The notes under the pieces are model-generated. The model was not told the DNA's origin. It searched no databases and saw only the letters and a program-made list of their open reading frames with translations. Of a stretch of DNA of 64,000 nucleotides, positions 38,796-49,131 are shown in pieces; positions within the stretch are counted from its first letter, which is position 1, and each line of letters opens with the position of its first letter. Location of the stretch: assembly GCA_964016885.1 (NCBI GenBank), contig OZ024742.1, positions 17,298,001 through 17,362,000 on the forward strand, in the 5' to 3' direction. Both the position numbers and the translations under genes were made by a program. This stretch comes from Eledone cirrhosa. Lineage: Eukaryota.

Positions 38796-41700
38796 TTACA
38801 GATATATACTCAGAGTCGGCCCATTCACTCGGGCCATTCTTGCTTCTCTCACCCATCTTTCAACAAAATGCTGGGAAGAGAGCACTTCCTTCTCTACTCT
38901 GATTTTCCTTTTCAAATGAAATTTGAAAAAGTCAATCAGAGCATCACCGAAGAGGTAAGTGCTCGTCTTCAGCCCTTTCAAACGTGTCCACCATACTATC
39001 TCTTTCGCCATGGCCACCAGACAGATAAAAACTGCCTGCCCTTCCCGGCTAAAGGAGGAGGGCGGGGCAATCCTCACGATAGACTCAGATGATAGCTGGA
39101 TCCGTCCTAAACGCGACAGCAGGTGTTCGACATAAACCCACAAGTCAGCAATTTTCGGACACTGGACGAGTGCGTGCATGACGGTTTCGTCGCCCTGCGC
39201 GCATCTCGGACATGCCCGGCTGACGGCACCTCCATGCCTGTAGAGTTTATCCCGAACTGGCAAGGCTCCTCGGTAGCACTGCCAGGCCAGAGATTTCTGG
39301 AAGTTGTCCATAGGCCCTGGTCCGAAAGTTCTTCCGAAGAGATTGGCTAGTTGATTTTCGTTGACGCCTAGAGTTTCCCCAAGTACGTCGTCGCTCTTCC
39401 CCTCCACTAATCCTCTATAGAACGCCGAGGTGGAGTTTCCACCGATCACATTGCCCGATTGGTCGAGGGCTGTGAGCGCCTGAAGACATTCCAGTCTCCA
39501 GGCGCTCCCTCTCGGTCTTCGCTTGACCCAGGACTGCAGCTCCGTCAAGGAAACGAGCTGGGGAAAAACGCGTCTAGCAAACGGCGACCACACCTGATCA
39601 CCGTCGAGGAAGAGGTGGAGATGTCGTAGCCTGAGCGCGTGCCTGCGCATCATCAGCCACGGCATGCCCAGCCCTCCACGTAGCGGGTGTTGACAACAGA
39701 TGGACCGCCTGACCATCGGAGCACGTCCCTTCCACAAAAAGCGAAAGAGCAAACGCTCCAGCGCAGTCAGGCGAGGCTTAGGACAAGGTACGACGGTTAG
39801 GCGGTAGCAGATGACAGACGCGATGTACGCGTTAGCCACCTCCGCTCGACCTTTCAGGGATAGCTTCCTCTCCGCCCATTTCTGGGTGAGAGAAGCCACC
39901 CTGCTCGTCACCTCGTCCCAGTTTTTGTCCGTCTGGAGGTCCGGACCGAACCAGACCCCTAGCAATTTAACCGGTCCGTCCGTCCAGCGCCCGACGACGC
40001 TGTTGGACGGCATGGACCTGCCTCTCCAGGTGCCGAGCTGCAGGCCCACTGACTTTTCCTGGTTGATCATTGCTCCTGTCACCGCTTCGTATTCTCTTAG
40101 TGTAGTGCCGATCGCCTCGATGTGTTTGGCGTTCGACACCACTACGGTGACATCGTCCGCATATGCTGACACGGATCTTCCGCATCCTAGTTTGCGCGGG
40201 ACTCCCCTCAACGTCTCCAGTTTGTGCAGTAATGGCTCGAGAGTCAATACGTACAAGAGGGACGAGAGGGGACATCCTTGGCGGACCGAGCGCATGATGT
40301 TGAACGGTTCCGACAGGTGACCGTTCACTCTCACCACAGAGCAGATGTCGCTGTGCATGGCAGCGATCCAGCCTCTGAAGACGGGCCCAAAGCCAGCCGC
40401 CCTCAGGACTGCCGCTAGGTAACGATGGTCGACCCTATCGAAAGCTTTCGACTGATCTAAATTGATCAAGGACCCACCCGTGCCAGGTTCTCTAGCTACC
40501 CTCTCTACGATGTATCGCATGAGGTGGAGGTTGTCGTGGATGGATCTGTCGGGAATGGCGCATGTCTGCGCCTCTCCCACCAGACCACCAACGACAAGCG
40601 CCAACCTCTTTGCTAGCACCTTGGCCAAAATCTTAAACTCTGTGTTTAGCAGAGTTATGGGCCGGAAATTGTCTATGTTATCCCCCTTGTTCGGATCCTT
40701 TCTCAGCAGTGCCACCGCTCCTCGGCTCACAGAACTGAGAATTCTCCCGTTCTGTTGCCAGTTGCAGTAGACGTCCGCCAAGAGGCCTCCGAACAAGTCT
40801 GGCATCTGTACGTAAAGTTCATAGGGCAGACCATCCAAACCAGGCGATTTACCCCTTGTGCAGCCAGTCATTGCCTCCCGTACTTCAGCGGCTGTTATCG
40901 GCTTTTCGCAACACTTCGCCTCAGTGGCCGAGAGCCGCGGCAGTCCGTCGAGGTAGACACTAAAGTCCATCCCTCTACCCGGCCCACCGCTGCCCCCGAA
41001 CAGCTGAGCGAAGTGTCGCTGAAAAGCTTCACACATTTTCCCGGGATCGAGTAGCATGCGCCCGTCGTGGTCCACCAAAGACCGGATCGTGGCTTTGTTG
41101 CCACGACGCGCCTCCGCCACTCGGGCCCATTGAACGGCTTTCGTCCCCTCGTGTCTGAGAGCACGCACCCTTGCTCTGACAACGCAGCCTTCGTGCTTTG
41201 CATTGAAGAATTGGTCAAGGGCCAATTTCGCCGCAAGCACGTCGGTCGCAATGCCTTTGCTAAGCGCCTCGTCTAATTTTCTAACTAGTTCTCCCTCTGC
41301 TCTATTTTTCTCTATTGCTAAAGCCTTACTAAATCTAATCGATTCTATTCTAATCGCTCTTTTCAGAGCAAACCACCACTTGTTGTTGACGATGGCCCCC
41401 GTCAACGCCCGCTTAACTAGTTCGCTAATCCGGTCTCTGTAGGCCTTGCGCGCTGGTAAGGACGCGTTTAGCTTCCAGTAGCCGGGTCCTCGTCTATGAA
41501 GCCTATCTAAGTCAAGCACACAGATCACGAATTTGTGGTCCGTGTAGCTGACTATCTTGAATTGTGGACAGCCTATGCTAGACCTATCTATTTCCCTACA
41601 AAATACTCTATCTAGATATGATCTGGATGACCCTATGCGGTTTGTCCAAGTCCACATTGGCACATTCGGGAAATCCAATCGGTACCTGTCAGATAGTTCA

Positions 41701-42215
41701 AAACGCCTGAGCAGGTTGGTGAGGCTCTTGCACCCTCCACCCCTATCCGCTAATCCCACACAGTCCCAGCGTGCATCTAAGATCCCGTTCCAGTCGCCCA
41801 CTAACACTAAAGAGCGCGACGTTCCAAGAAAGGTCTCCAGACGCCGGAAGAAATCAGGCCGCCCTGCTCCTGTCGGGGCATAGACGGCCACTAGCCTGAA
41901 AGCTTGCCCGTCTCCGCTGGTCACGTCCAGCACCACCAGCTTACCCTCTGGGTCCAGGAAGATGGCCCGTATGGCGAGATCCAAACCTCTCCGAAAAAGT
42001 ACAGCATCTCCTCCACCGGATCCAGGACGGCTGGGAGATGCGTACACATCGTAGCCGCCGAAGATCGGTGCGAAGGTCCGTGCTTCGGAGATTCTGGTCT
42101 CGCTGATGGCCACTACATCTATGTTTAGTGACCTGAGGTCGTTGAGCAGGTGACCCTGCTTCCATGACGACCCCAAGCCACGCGCATTTATGCTGCCTAT
42201 TCTGAGTGAGGTCAT
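38796..42215 (-). CDS. LINE ORF2, 1139 aa: APE endonuclease, reverse transcriptase, C-terminal CCHC
   Basis: GSINARGL, ISET, VGDWN, SYLDRV, TDH; KSPGLDG, FRPITLLN, DQSKAFDRV, QGCPLS, AYADD, LLGV; CPRC..ETVMHALVQC. Confidence 0.95.
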   Translation of the reverse strand: MTSLRIGSINARGLGSSWKQGHLLNDLRSLNIDVVAISETRISEARTFAPIFGGYDVYASPSRPGSGGGDAVLFRRGLDLAIRAIFLDPEGKLVVLDVTSGDGQAFRLVAVYAPTGAGRPDFFRRLETFLGTSRSLVLVGDWNGILDARWDCVGLADRGGGCKSLTNLLRRFELSDRYRLDFPNVPMWTWTNRIGSSRSYLDRVFCREIDRSSIGCPQFKIVSYTDHKFVICVLDLDRLHRRGPGYWKLNASLPARKAYRDRISELVKRALTGAIVNNKWWFALKRAIRIESIRFSKALAIEKNRAEGELVRKLDEALSKGIATDVLAAKLALDQFFNAKHEGCVVRARVRALRHEGTKAVQWARVAEARRGNKATIRSLVDHDGRMLLDPGKMCEAFQRHFAQLFGGSGGPGRGMDFSVYLDGLPRLSATEAKCCEKPITAAEVREAMTGCTRGKSPGLDGLPYELYVQMPDLFGGLLADVYCNWQQNGRILSSVSRGAVALLRKDPNKGDNIDNFRPITLLNTEFKILAKVLAKRLALVVGGLVGEAQTCAIPDRSIHDNLHLMRYIVERVAREPGTGGSLINLDQSKAFDRVDHRYLAAVLRAAGFGPVFRGWIAAMHSDICSVVRVNGHLSEPFNIMRSVRQGCPLSSLLYVLTLEPLLHKLETLRGVPRKLGCGRSVSAYADDVTVVVSNAKHIEAIGTTLREYEAVTGAMINQEKSVGLQLGTWRGRSMPSNSVVGRWTDGPVKLLGVWFGPDLQTDKNWDEVTSRVASLTQKWAERKLSLKGRAEVANAYIASVICYRLTVVPCPKPRLTALERLLFRFLWKGRAPMVRRSICCQHPLRGGLGMPWLMMRRHALRLRHLHLFLDGDQVWSPFARRVFPQLVSLTELQSWVKRRPRGSAWRLECLQALTALDQSGNVIGGNSTSAFYRGLVEGKSDDVLGETLGVNENQLANLFGRTFGPGPMDNFQKSLAWQCYRGALPVRDKLYRHGGAVSRACPRCAQGDETVMHALVQCPKIADLWVYVEHLLSRLGRIQLSSESIVRIAPPSSFSREGQAVFICLVAMAKEIVWWTRLKGLKTSTYLFGDALIDFFKFHLKRKIRVEKEVLSSQHFVERWVREARMARVNGPTLSIYL

Positions 42216-42250
42216 GTTTAAAATAGAGTGGAAAAGATGGGAAAGACCAC

Positions 42251-44374
42251 TTACCGTACTTTTGGTAGAGGAGGGATGGTTTTTACATCCCTTTTCACTT
42301 GATCGTCTGGTGAAGGGACCGTTGAATCGTCCCTTCGGCTGGTCGTCGGCTCTTCTAAGAGAATGTCTGAGTATACTCTTCGATTGATGGTTCCTCCTAG
42401 GTCCCTGAAATCACCAACTGCGTTGGGGAATTTCGTTTTAATATTTGTGTATTGTTTCTGTGCTATTTTTAGCAGTCTTATGTTAGTTGGCGTTTTGATT
42501 GGTGCTGGTATTATGTAGTCCTGTTGTGAAATGTCTGTGTGTTCAATTATGTAAGTCATTAGTTTCTTGTTGTGTGTATTTATTGCCGTGCATTTGTTTT
42601 TCTGGGGGTGGGGTGTGGTTCTGCTATTTTCTTGTCGTTGTTGCTGGGTGTGTGTGTTTTGTTGTTGTGTTTGCGATGTTGGTGCTTGTGGTGGTGGTGT
42701 TGAAGGTGTTGTTGGCGGTGGGGTTGTCGCCGGTGGTGATGGTGGCGCTAGTGTGGGTGGTGATGGTGTTGGTGTTGTTGCTGCTGTGGGTCTCTTTGCA
42801 GTAGACTTTACCCTTTTCTCATTTCTTTCCTCCCTTTTCAAAGGCGACGATGCGCTGCTTCTGCGTTTGTGCCTTCTTACGACCTTTTGCCATCTCTCTC
42901 CCACCTCACACTCCATGTCTGATTCTGTGAGGTCGGGGAGGGGTACCAACTCCACTCTTTCACTTGTTGTTGTTGGTGATGTTTGCACTGGAGTCTCTGT
43001 TGCAGCTGCATTTGGTATTGCTGTTGTTGTTGTTAGTATTTCCACTGCTGCTGCTGTTTTTGATTTCCGTGGAGTGGGTATGGGTGCCACGGGCCTATCG
43101 TTCCTGGTTGCCGCTTGTCCTGTTGCTGGTAGCCGTGGAGCCGGATTCGGAAGGAGGGGGGTTTTCTCCTTTCTCAGGGTCTTCTCGTTGCAGAAGGCCC
43201 TGAGGTGAGTCTTCGATCCACAGCGAAAGCATTTCGGGCGTTTGCCCTCAACACTTATGGGCAGTTGAGTGCCGTTATCGAAGTCTATCACATCCGGGAT
43301 AGCTTCGATGCACTCCTGGTTGGTTTGGATTAGCATCTCAATGGAGGAGCCGACCCAATCTTCTCTTACTTTTTTCTGTACTTGCAGTACAGTTGTTTTG
43401 TCCTCGATTCCGACGAGGACAGACGCGGCCAGCCAAGAAGGGGTCATTCCGGGGGGGACGTGGGTCAGTTTGACCCTCACAATTTTTTGCCCACAGTAGG
43501 AGGGCACCAACACCATTTCCTCGCTCCTTAGGGTCACTACTGATTGGGCCTTTGCCTCCTGGGGTGTGGAAAAAAGTACGTCTACGGTGGCATATTTTTT
43601 GCCTCGGGTGATGTGCGTTTTCCGCTGCCACACAGACCCCAAGGCTTTTTGTATTTGGGCCTCTGTGGCTCTTTCCACCCTACGGGATTTTGTACTTACT
43701 GTACGGTACGTGACCGTACAGTGCTCTTGGGTTTCGAAAAATTTTTTCGCTGCCTTGCAGATTGCTCGGTGTCCGTTCTTTGTCACCATCTTCTTCGCTT
43801 CCTCTAATTCCTCATTTGTTATGAGGATTGTTTCCAAGTTTTTCGCAATACCTGCAAATGAGATTGGTTTTTCTCTGCTGTTGTTGTTGTCGTCAGAGCT
43901 GCTGGTACTTTTGTTGCTGCAGGTACTACGACTACTGCCTCCGCCGCTGTTGCTGTGGTTGTTGTTGGTGTTGCTGCTGCTAATGCTGTTGTTGTTTATG
44001 CTGCTGGTGATGCTGTTGCGGCTGCTACTGTTGTTTTCATTGTCACTGTTGCTGTTGTTATTACGGCTGCTACTGCTATTATTCCTGACGTCAGACGAAT
44101 GAACTGGGTTTTCGTATTTCCCGCACACCTGTTTCGTCGCTGTCGTCGTCGTCGTGGAGAAACCTTGCACGCTTTGCACGAGACTTTTCTTTTCTTTCGT
44201 CGCTTGCGAAAGAGAAGGGAGGGAGAGAGACACATTTAAAGAAGGGAGGGAGAGAGACAATCTTCTCTCTGCTGTAGTGATGATTGAGGAAGAAGACGGA
44301 ATGAGTGGGAGTGACGTATGAAATTTCTTTTTGGTAGCCATGTTTTTTTGTTTAAAATGAAATTTTGGGTACAA
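42251..44374 (-). CDS. LINE ORF1 (gag-like, CCHC knuckle, low-complexity N/S and T/P tracts)
   Basis: 707-aa open frame with CFRCGSKTHLRAFC. The real start may be the MATKKK methionine. Confidence 0.85.
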   Translation of the reverse strand: MYPKFHFKQKNMATKKKFHTSLPLIPSSSSIITTAERRLSLSLPSLNVSLSLPSLSQATKEKKSLVQSVQGFSTTTTTATKQVCGKYENPVHSSDVRNNSSSSRNNNSNSDNENNSSSRNSITSSINNNSISSSNTNNNHSNSGGGSSRSTCSNKSTSSSDDNNNSREKPISFAGIAKNLETILITNEELEEAKKMVTKNGHRAICKAAKKFFETQEHCTVTYRTVSTKSRRVERATEAQIQKALGSVWQRKTHITRGKKYATVDVLFSTPQEAKAQSVVTLRSEEMVLVPSYCGQKIVRVKLTHVPPGMTPSWLAASVLVGIEDKTTVLQVQKKVREDWVGSSIEMLIQTNQECIEAIPDVIDFDNGTQLPISVEGKRPKCFRCGSKTHLRAFCNEKTLRKEKTPLLPNPAPRLPATGQAATRNDRPVAPIPTPRKSKTAAAVEILTTTTAIPNAAATETPVQTSPTTTSERVELVPLPDLTESDMECEVGERWQKVVRRHKRRSSASSPLKREERNEKRVKSTAKRPTAATTPTPSPPTLAPPSPPATTPPPTTPSTPPPQAPTSQTQQQNTHTQQQRQENSRTTPHPQKNKCTAINTHNKKLMTYIIEHTDISQQDYIIPAPIKTPTNIRLLKIAQKQYTNIKTKFPNAVGDFRDLGGTINRRVYSDILLEEPTTSRRDDSTVPSPDDQVKRDVKTIPPLPKVR

Positions 44375-44554
44375 AACCCCAATAACTGGTTATTTAACCC
44401 CGAAGGGCCAAATAACGGACAGAAAGACCCCTCTCACGAGGAGGAGGGTGTCTTTATCAACAATTTGGTTCAAGTTTTAAACAATTTACAATTGTTTTAA
44501 CGGTTAAAAATTACTATACCTTACAGAGCCGAGCCTCCGTCAACCATGGCATTC

Positions 44555-44592
<38 letters not shown>

Positions 44593-44604
44593 TAAAAAAA
44601 AAAT

Positions 44605-47600
44605 AAACATCCCGAAAACAGAGGCTATATTGACAGTAACAAACTAGCCAATATACGAAGAAATATTGTAAGAAAAAAGTTACTAACTGATATAGAAATT
44701 GATCAGATTAAGCTATTAGCACAAAGTCAGCGAAGGGAAAATGAAACATGTGTCAGTGAAAACGAGGTAAACTGTAACACTTCGAATCCCAGGGTTGGGG
44801 CGGAATCACTGGCAACAGAACAAATTAAAGAAAGGATCGAAAAAGTGGAGGGAGTGCATGCTCAGGATGAAACTCCAAATGAAAATAATGAGATCGTAAA
44901 TGATAAAGAAATGAATGAGAATGAACTTGCCAACTTGAAGGATGAAATTATGATCGAATGGATGAAAATGAAAGAATCTGACATGGGGCAACGAGACACC
45001 CTCCCTAAGATCCAGAACTCCAAACAGAACCAAAAGATAATACACAAGACTAACATAATTCTCAAAAACATTATCATCACAAACAAACTAAACATTACTG
45101 ATTTAAATCATCTCTATTATGCATCGGCTAAAGTCACCACTCACTTATGTGGAGTGAAGATGAAAAAACAAAGGAATTCCCACAAGAAATCTACTTGGCA
45201 AGAGAACATCAATCGCCAAATAAACCTTCTCCGATCTGACATAGAAATTTTAACAAACTATAAAGTAGGTGAACATGTTAAACAAACTAAACTTAGAAAA
45301 TTGAAAAAAAAGTACAGTATAAAATCAACATGTGACATAGACATGCTGATAGAAATAATCAAGCAAAAAGTGTCGGCCAAAGCTGCTCGTATAAGGCGCT
45401 TTGAAAAACGATCTAGATTCTATAAGGACAATAATATGTTCAAAAACAACCAAAGAAACTTCTACAGAAAAATTGGTAAGTCAACAATAACTGCTAAATC
45501 AATACCACCCAAGGAGGAAGTGCAAGAATTCTGGGAAAAGATCTGGGCCGAAGAAAAAGTTCATAACATACATGCCCCATGGATAGACAGACAAATGAAA
45601 GATACAGCTCACCTTGAGGAACAAACATGGGAAAATATAACAGTTGAACAGTTGCGCTTGGCTCTAAGAAAAACCAGCAAATGGAAATCCCCAGGAAAAG
45701 ACAAAATACAAAACTTTTGGATAAATGCCTTCACAGAGTCTCATGAGCTGTTAGCCCAACTTTACAATGAAATAGTTAAGGAGCCAGAAAAGATACCTTC
45801 ATGGCTAGTTAACGGCATTACATTCCTGCTTCCGAAGAATGATGAGACAAACAATCCCAAAAATTACAGACCGATAACTTGCTTGACCACAATGTATAAA
45901 ATTTTAACATCAGTCCTAACTGAATACACATATGACCACCTGATAACAAATGACCTATTTCCCATTGAGCAGAAAGGGTGTAAACGAGGCTCATATGGCT
46001 GTAAGGATCAGCTTCTGGTTAACAAAATGATACTGGAAGATTGTCATAATAGACACAAAAATCTATCGATTGCTTGGATAGATTATAAAAAAGAATTTGA
46101 TAGTTTGCCACACAGTTGGATTGAAAAATGTTTAGAGATTTTCAAAATATCCCCCGTTGTCAGGAGGTTTTTGTCATTCAGTATGAAGACATGGAAAACG
46201 ACACTCCTTTTGAATAGTGAAACAAAATCACTGGAAGCTGGAGAAGTTAATATTAATTATGGAATTTTTCAGGGTGACTCTTTATCACCGCTTTTATTCT
46301 GCATCGCACTTATACCATTAAATAAAATGCTCAATGAAACAAAACATGGATATAAAGTCTATGACAAAACCATTAATCACCTGTTCTACATGGATGACCT
46401 GAAACTATTTGCAAAAAATGATGAACAATTGCAAGGGCTATTATCCACTGTGAAGCAGTTCAGTGATGACATTAAAATGGAGTTTGGACTATATAAATGC
46501 GCCAAAGCAACGTTCACCAGAGGAAAGCTGCTGAAGAGTTCAGACATTAATCTTGATCGGGGGAACGTGATAAGAGAACTTGATCAAGAAAAAACTTACA
46601 CATTTCTAGGTGTTTGTGAAGGAGACGGAATCAAGCACTCGACAATGAGGGAAAGGATAAGGAAGGAATGTTACCGCAGAGTAAGAGCAATCTTAAGAAC
46701 GGAATTGAATGCAAGGAATAGGATCGATGCCATAAACACGCTTGCCATACCAGTAGTAACCTACAGTTACAATGTCATCAACTGGTCAAGCACAGAGATC
46801 CGTAGGCTCGATACAAAAATTCGAAAATTCTTAACCATGCACAGAATGCATCACCCTAAGGCAGATATAGATAGAATATATCTCCCTAGGAAAGAAGGAG
46901 GGCGTGAGTTAATCCAGTTAGACATTACGTTGAAAACTGCAACAATTGGATTATCTACATATCTAAGGGAATCACATGATTGGATGATCAAACTCGTTTT
47001 GAAACACGAAAGCATCAAAAGATCATATTCCATTACAAAAGATGCACAAAGATACAGTAATGGACTACAAATTTCAGAAGTCCCATTTACTGATGAAATG
47101 GAAAACACAGAAAAAGCAAAGCAGGTAAAAGTAACTGCAAAGAAAGAACTGCTACAGAAACTGGCTAAGAAATGGCAAGAAAAGCCTCTGTATGGAAAAT
47201 ACCCAGAGCGAGCTAACAATCCTGATGTTGACAAAACTTTAACCCATCAGTGGTTGGCATCCTCTGGACTGAAATCGGAGACTGAAGAACTGATTATATC
47301 GGCACAAGATCAGTGTCTGCCAACAAAAAATTACCAAGCCAACATAATAAAAAATGGGTGCAGCCCATTATGCCGTGTATGCAAAAAACAACCAGAGACC
47401 ATTGACCATATAATTTCAATGTGCAGTCCTATAGCTCCAACCGAATACCTAAACAGGCATGACAGAGCTGCACAATACATACATTGGATAATGTGTAAGC
47501 ATTTTGACCTGCCCCATCAAAAGAATTGGTGGGAGCATCAACCACCTCCCATACTTGAAAAAGATCACATCTCAATCTTGTGGAACTTTAGCATCCAAAC

Positions 47601-47937
47601 AGACCGAAAAATAGATGCAAACAGACCTGATATAATATTGAAAGACTTTCAAAAGAGGGTATGCCTGCTAATTGATATGTCTGTTCCAATAGACAAGAAT
47701 GTATCTATAAAAACATTTGAAAAATTGAGCAAGTATAAGGACCTGGAGATAGAAATTGGAAAAATGTGGAAATTGAGAACTAAAACAATACCAGTGGTTG
47801 TAGGCGCTCTGGGAATGATACCTAAGGGGTCTAATGATTACTTATCGCAAATCCCAGGAAACCCGCGTATAGGAGAAATACAAAAGATAGTACTAATGGG
47901 AACTGCCCATATACTAAGGAAGATTCTGTCAATATAA
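44605..47937 (+). CDS. R4/Dong-type ORF: RT, CCHC and restriction-like endonuclease (no start codon)
   Basis: The frame is open from ~44605 (KLANIRRNI..LLTDIEI). Motifs: WKSPGKD, NYRPITCL, EQKGC, GIFQGDSLSPLLF, HLFYMDDLK, CRVC..ETIDHIISMC, RHD, NRPDI..LIDMSVP..EKLSKY. Confidence 0.88.
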   Translation, partial: KHPENRGYIDSNKLANIRRNIVRKKLLTDIEIDQIKLLAQSQRRENETCVSENEVNCNTSNPRVGAESLATEQIKERIEKVEGVHAQDETPNENNEIVNDKEMNENELANLKDEIMIEWMKMKESDMGQRDTLPKIQNSKQNQKIIHKTNIILKNIIITNKLNITDLNHLYYASAKVTTHLCGVKMKKQRNSHKKSTWQENINRQINLLRSDIEILTNYKVGEHVKQTKLRKLKKKYSIKSTCDIDMLIEIIKQKVSAKAARIRRFEKRSRFYKDNNMFKNNQRNFYRKIGKSTITAKSIPPKEEVQEFWEKIWAEEKVHNIHAPWIDRQMKDTAHLEEQTWENITVEQLRLALRKTSKWKSPGKDKIQNFWINAFTESHELLAQLYNEIVKEPEKIPSWLVNGITFLLPKNDETNNPKNYRPITCLTTMYKILTSVLTEYTYDHLITNDLFPIEQKGCKRGSYGCKDQLLVNKMILEDCHNRHKNLSIAWIDYKKEFDSLPHSWIEKCLEIFKISPVVRRFLSFSMKTWKTTLLLNSETKSLEAGEVNINYGIFQGDSLSPLLFCIALIPLNKMLNETKHGYKVYDKTINHLFYMDDLKLFAKNDEQLQGLLSTVKQFSDDIKMEFGLYKCAKATFTRGKLLKSSDINLDRGNVIRELDQEKTYTFLGVCEGDGIKHSTMRERIRKECYRRVRAILRTELNARNRIDAINTLAIPVVTYSYNVINWSSTEIRRLDTKIRKFLTMHRMHHPKADIDRIYLPRKEGGRELIQLDITLKTATIGLSTYLRESHDWMIKLVLKHESIKRSYSITKDAQRYSNGLQISEVPFTDEMENTEKAKQVKVTAKKELLQKLAKKWQEKPLYGKYPERANNPDVDKTLTHQWLASSGLKSETEELIISAQDQCLPTKNYQANIIKNGCSPLCRVCKKQPETIDHIISMCSPIAPTEYLNRHDRAAQYIHWIMCKHFDLPHQKNWWEHQPPPILEKDHISILWNFSIQTDRKIDANRPDIILKDFQKRVCLLIDMSVPIDKNVSIKTFEKLSKYKDLEIEIGKMWKLRTKTIPVVVGALGMIPKGSNDYLSQIPGNPRIGEIQKIVLMGTAHILRKILSI

Positions 47938-48080
47938 GTACATCACAAGTCTAAACACTAAAGATGCATGTGTGAATATGTATGTTCTTTCTTGAACATG
48001 GCGGACCTTGTTGTCTCTTGAGGTCACTGGTTGTGACTTGGTGATAACTCGTATGAACATAAAGCAAGATAAATGCAACT

Positions 48081-48082
<2 letters not shown>
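44605..48082 (+). mobile_element. R4/Dong-type RLE LINE family A, 5'-truncated, with (AAT)n tail
   Basis: Single ORF, short 3' UTR, (AAT)n at 48083-48120, (AAT)n upstream at 44555-44586. Confidence 0.9.
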
Positions 48083-48120
<38 letters not shown>

Positions 48121-48971
48121 GAGAAAGAGCAGCCTTCAGGAAAAATCCCTTCATAGTACCTTCTTTGAGAAAACTGAATTTAGAGATCCACAGACATGCA
48201 ACTGGTTGAGAAGAGGAGACCTTAAAAAGGCTACAGAAGGAATGTTAATGGCTGCGCAGGAGCAGGCCCTCAAAACGAAGTGGTTGAAACACCATATTTA
48301 CAAGGAGGAGGCTAGCCCACTGTGCAGGATCTGTGGAGAGAGAGAGGAGACTGTGGCTCACATTGTATCCGAGTGTAAACACCTAGCCCAGACCCACTAT
48401 AAGGGCTGGAGACATGATGTGATAGGCAGGGTGATCCACTGGCACCTGTGCAAAGTAAACAATTTACCACATTCTGAGAAATGGTATGAGCATAAGCCAG
48501 AGGCGGTGATGGAGAACGATCAGGTGAAGGTGCTGTGGGATTTTAGGATACAGACGGACAAGAAACTGGAACACAATAGACCTGACCTGGTGGTTGTGGA
48601 CAAAGAAAAAAGATCGTGTCTGATTGTGGATGTGGCCTGCCCATTCGACACGAGAGTGCAAGAGAAGGAGAGGGAGAACATTAACCGATACCAGGACTTA
48701 AAGTGGGAGTTAAAAAGGATTTGGAACTGCCATGAAGTCAAAGTGATCCCGATTGTCATAGGCGCACTAGGGACTATCTCCAAAAGTTTCCAGGGATGGT
48801 TAAAGAAAATCGGCCCCTTCACGCTTTTTGGAACGCTTCAAAAGGCATGCTTGCTGGGAACAGCAAGAACCCTCCGATACGTCCTGAATATCTGAGGCTG
48901 CAGGTAGTGGCTTGATATTCATTCCAACGGACTTTCCGGTGAACTAACATCAATGACTGAGACTCAAGGAG
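48121..48971 (+). mobile_element. R4/Dong-type LINE family B, 5'-truncated (CCHC plus RLE), with (AAT)n tail
   Basis: AAQEQAL, CRICG..EETVAHIVSEC, RHD, HNRPDLVV..IVDVACPFD; stop at 48895; tail 48972-49005. The first 37 aa of the track ORF are flank and microsatellite. Confidence 0.9.
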
Positions 48972-49000
48972 TAATAACAATAATAATAATAATAATAATA

Positions 49001-49106
49001 ATAATTGCGTCTACTTTTGGCACAATGCCAGCAATTACCGAGTACATAAAGTACCAGTAATGTACTGTAAAATTACTGGCCTTGTGCCAAAAGTAGAAAC
49101 AATTAT
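49001..49106. repeat. Two head-to-head SINE D 3' ends forming an inverted repeat
   Basis: ATAATTGCGTCTACTTTTGGCACAATGCCAGCAATT versus AATTACTGGCCTTGTGCCAAAAGTAGAAACAATTAT. Confidence 0.8.
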
Positions 49107-49131
49107 TATTATAGTTATTATTATTATTATT

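Larger units (their letters stand above)
38534..44554 (-). mobile_element. Full-length intact L1/Tx1-clade LINE (T5) inserted in (AAT/ATT)n
   Basis: Two uninterrupted ORFs. 3' end TAATAAAGAAATC then (ATT)n. (AAT)n directly abuts both ends. Confidence 0.93.

Noticed and set aside
42499-44239. Plus-strand ORFs antisense to T5 ORF1 (and similar ones at 18001-18756 and 39811-41883)
   Set aside because: Antisense shadows of LINE coding sequence with no independent motifs.
38449-44586. Defined target-site duplications for the LINEs
   Set aside because: Any duplication would lie within the microsatellite and cannot be delimited.
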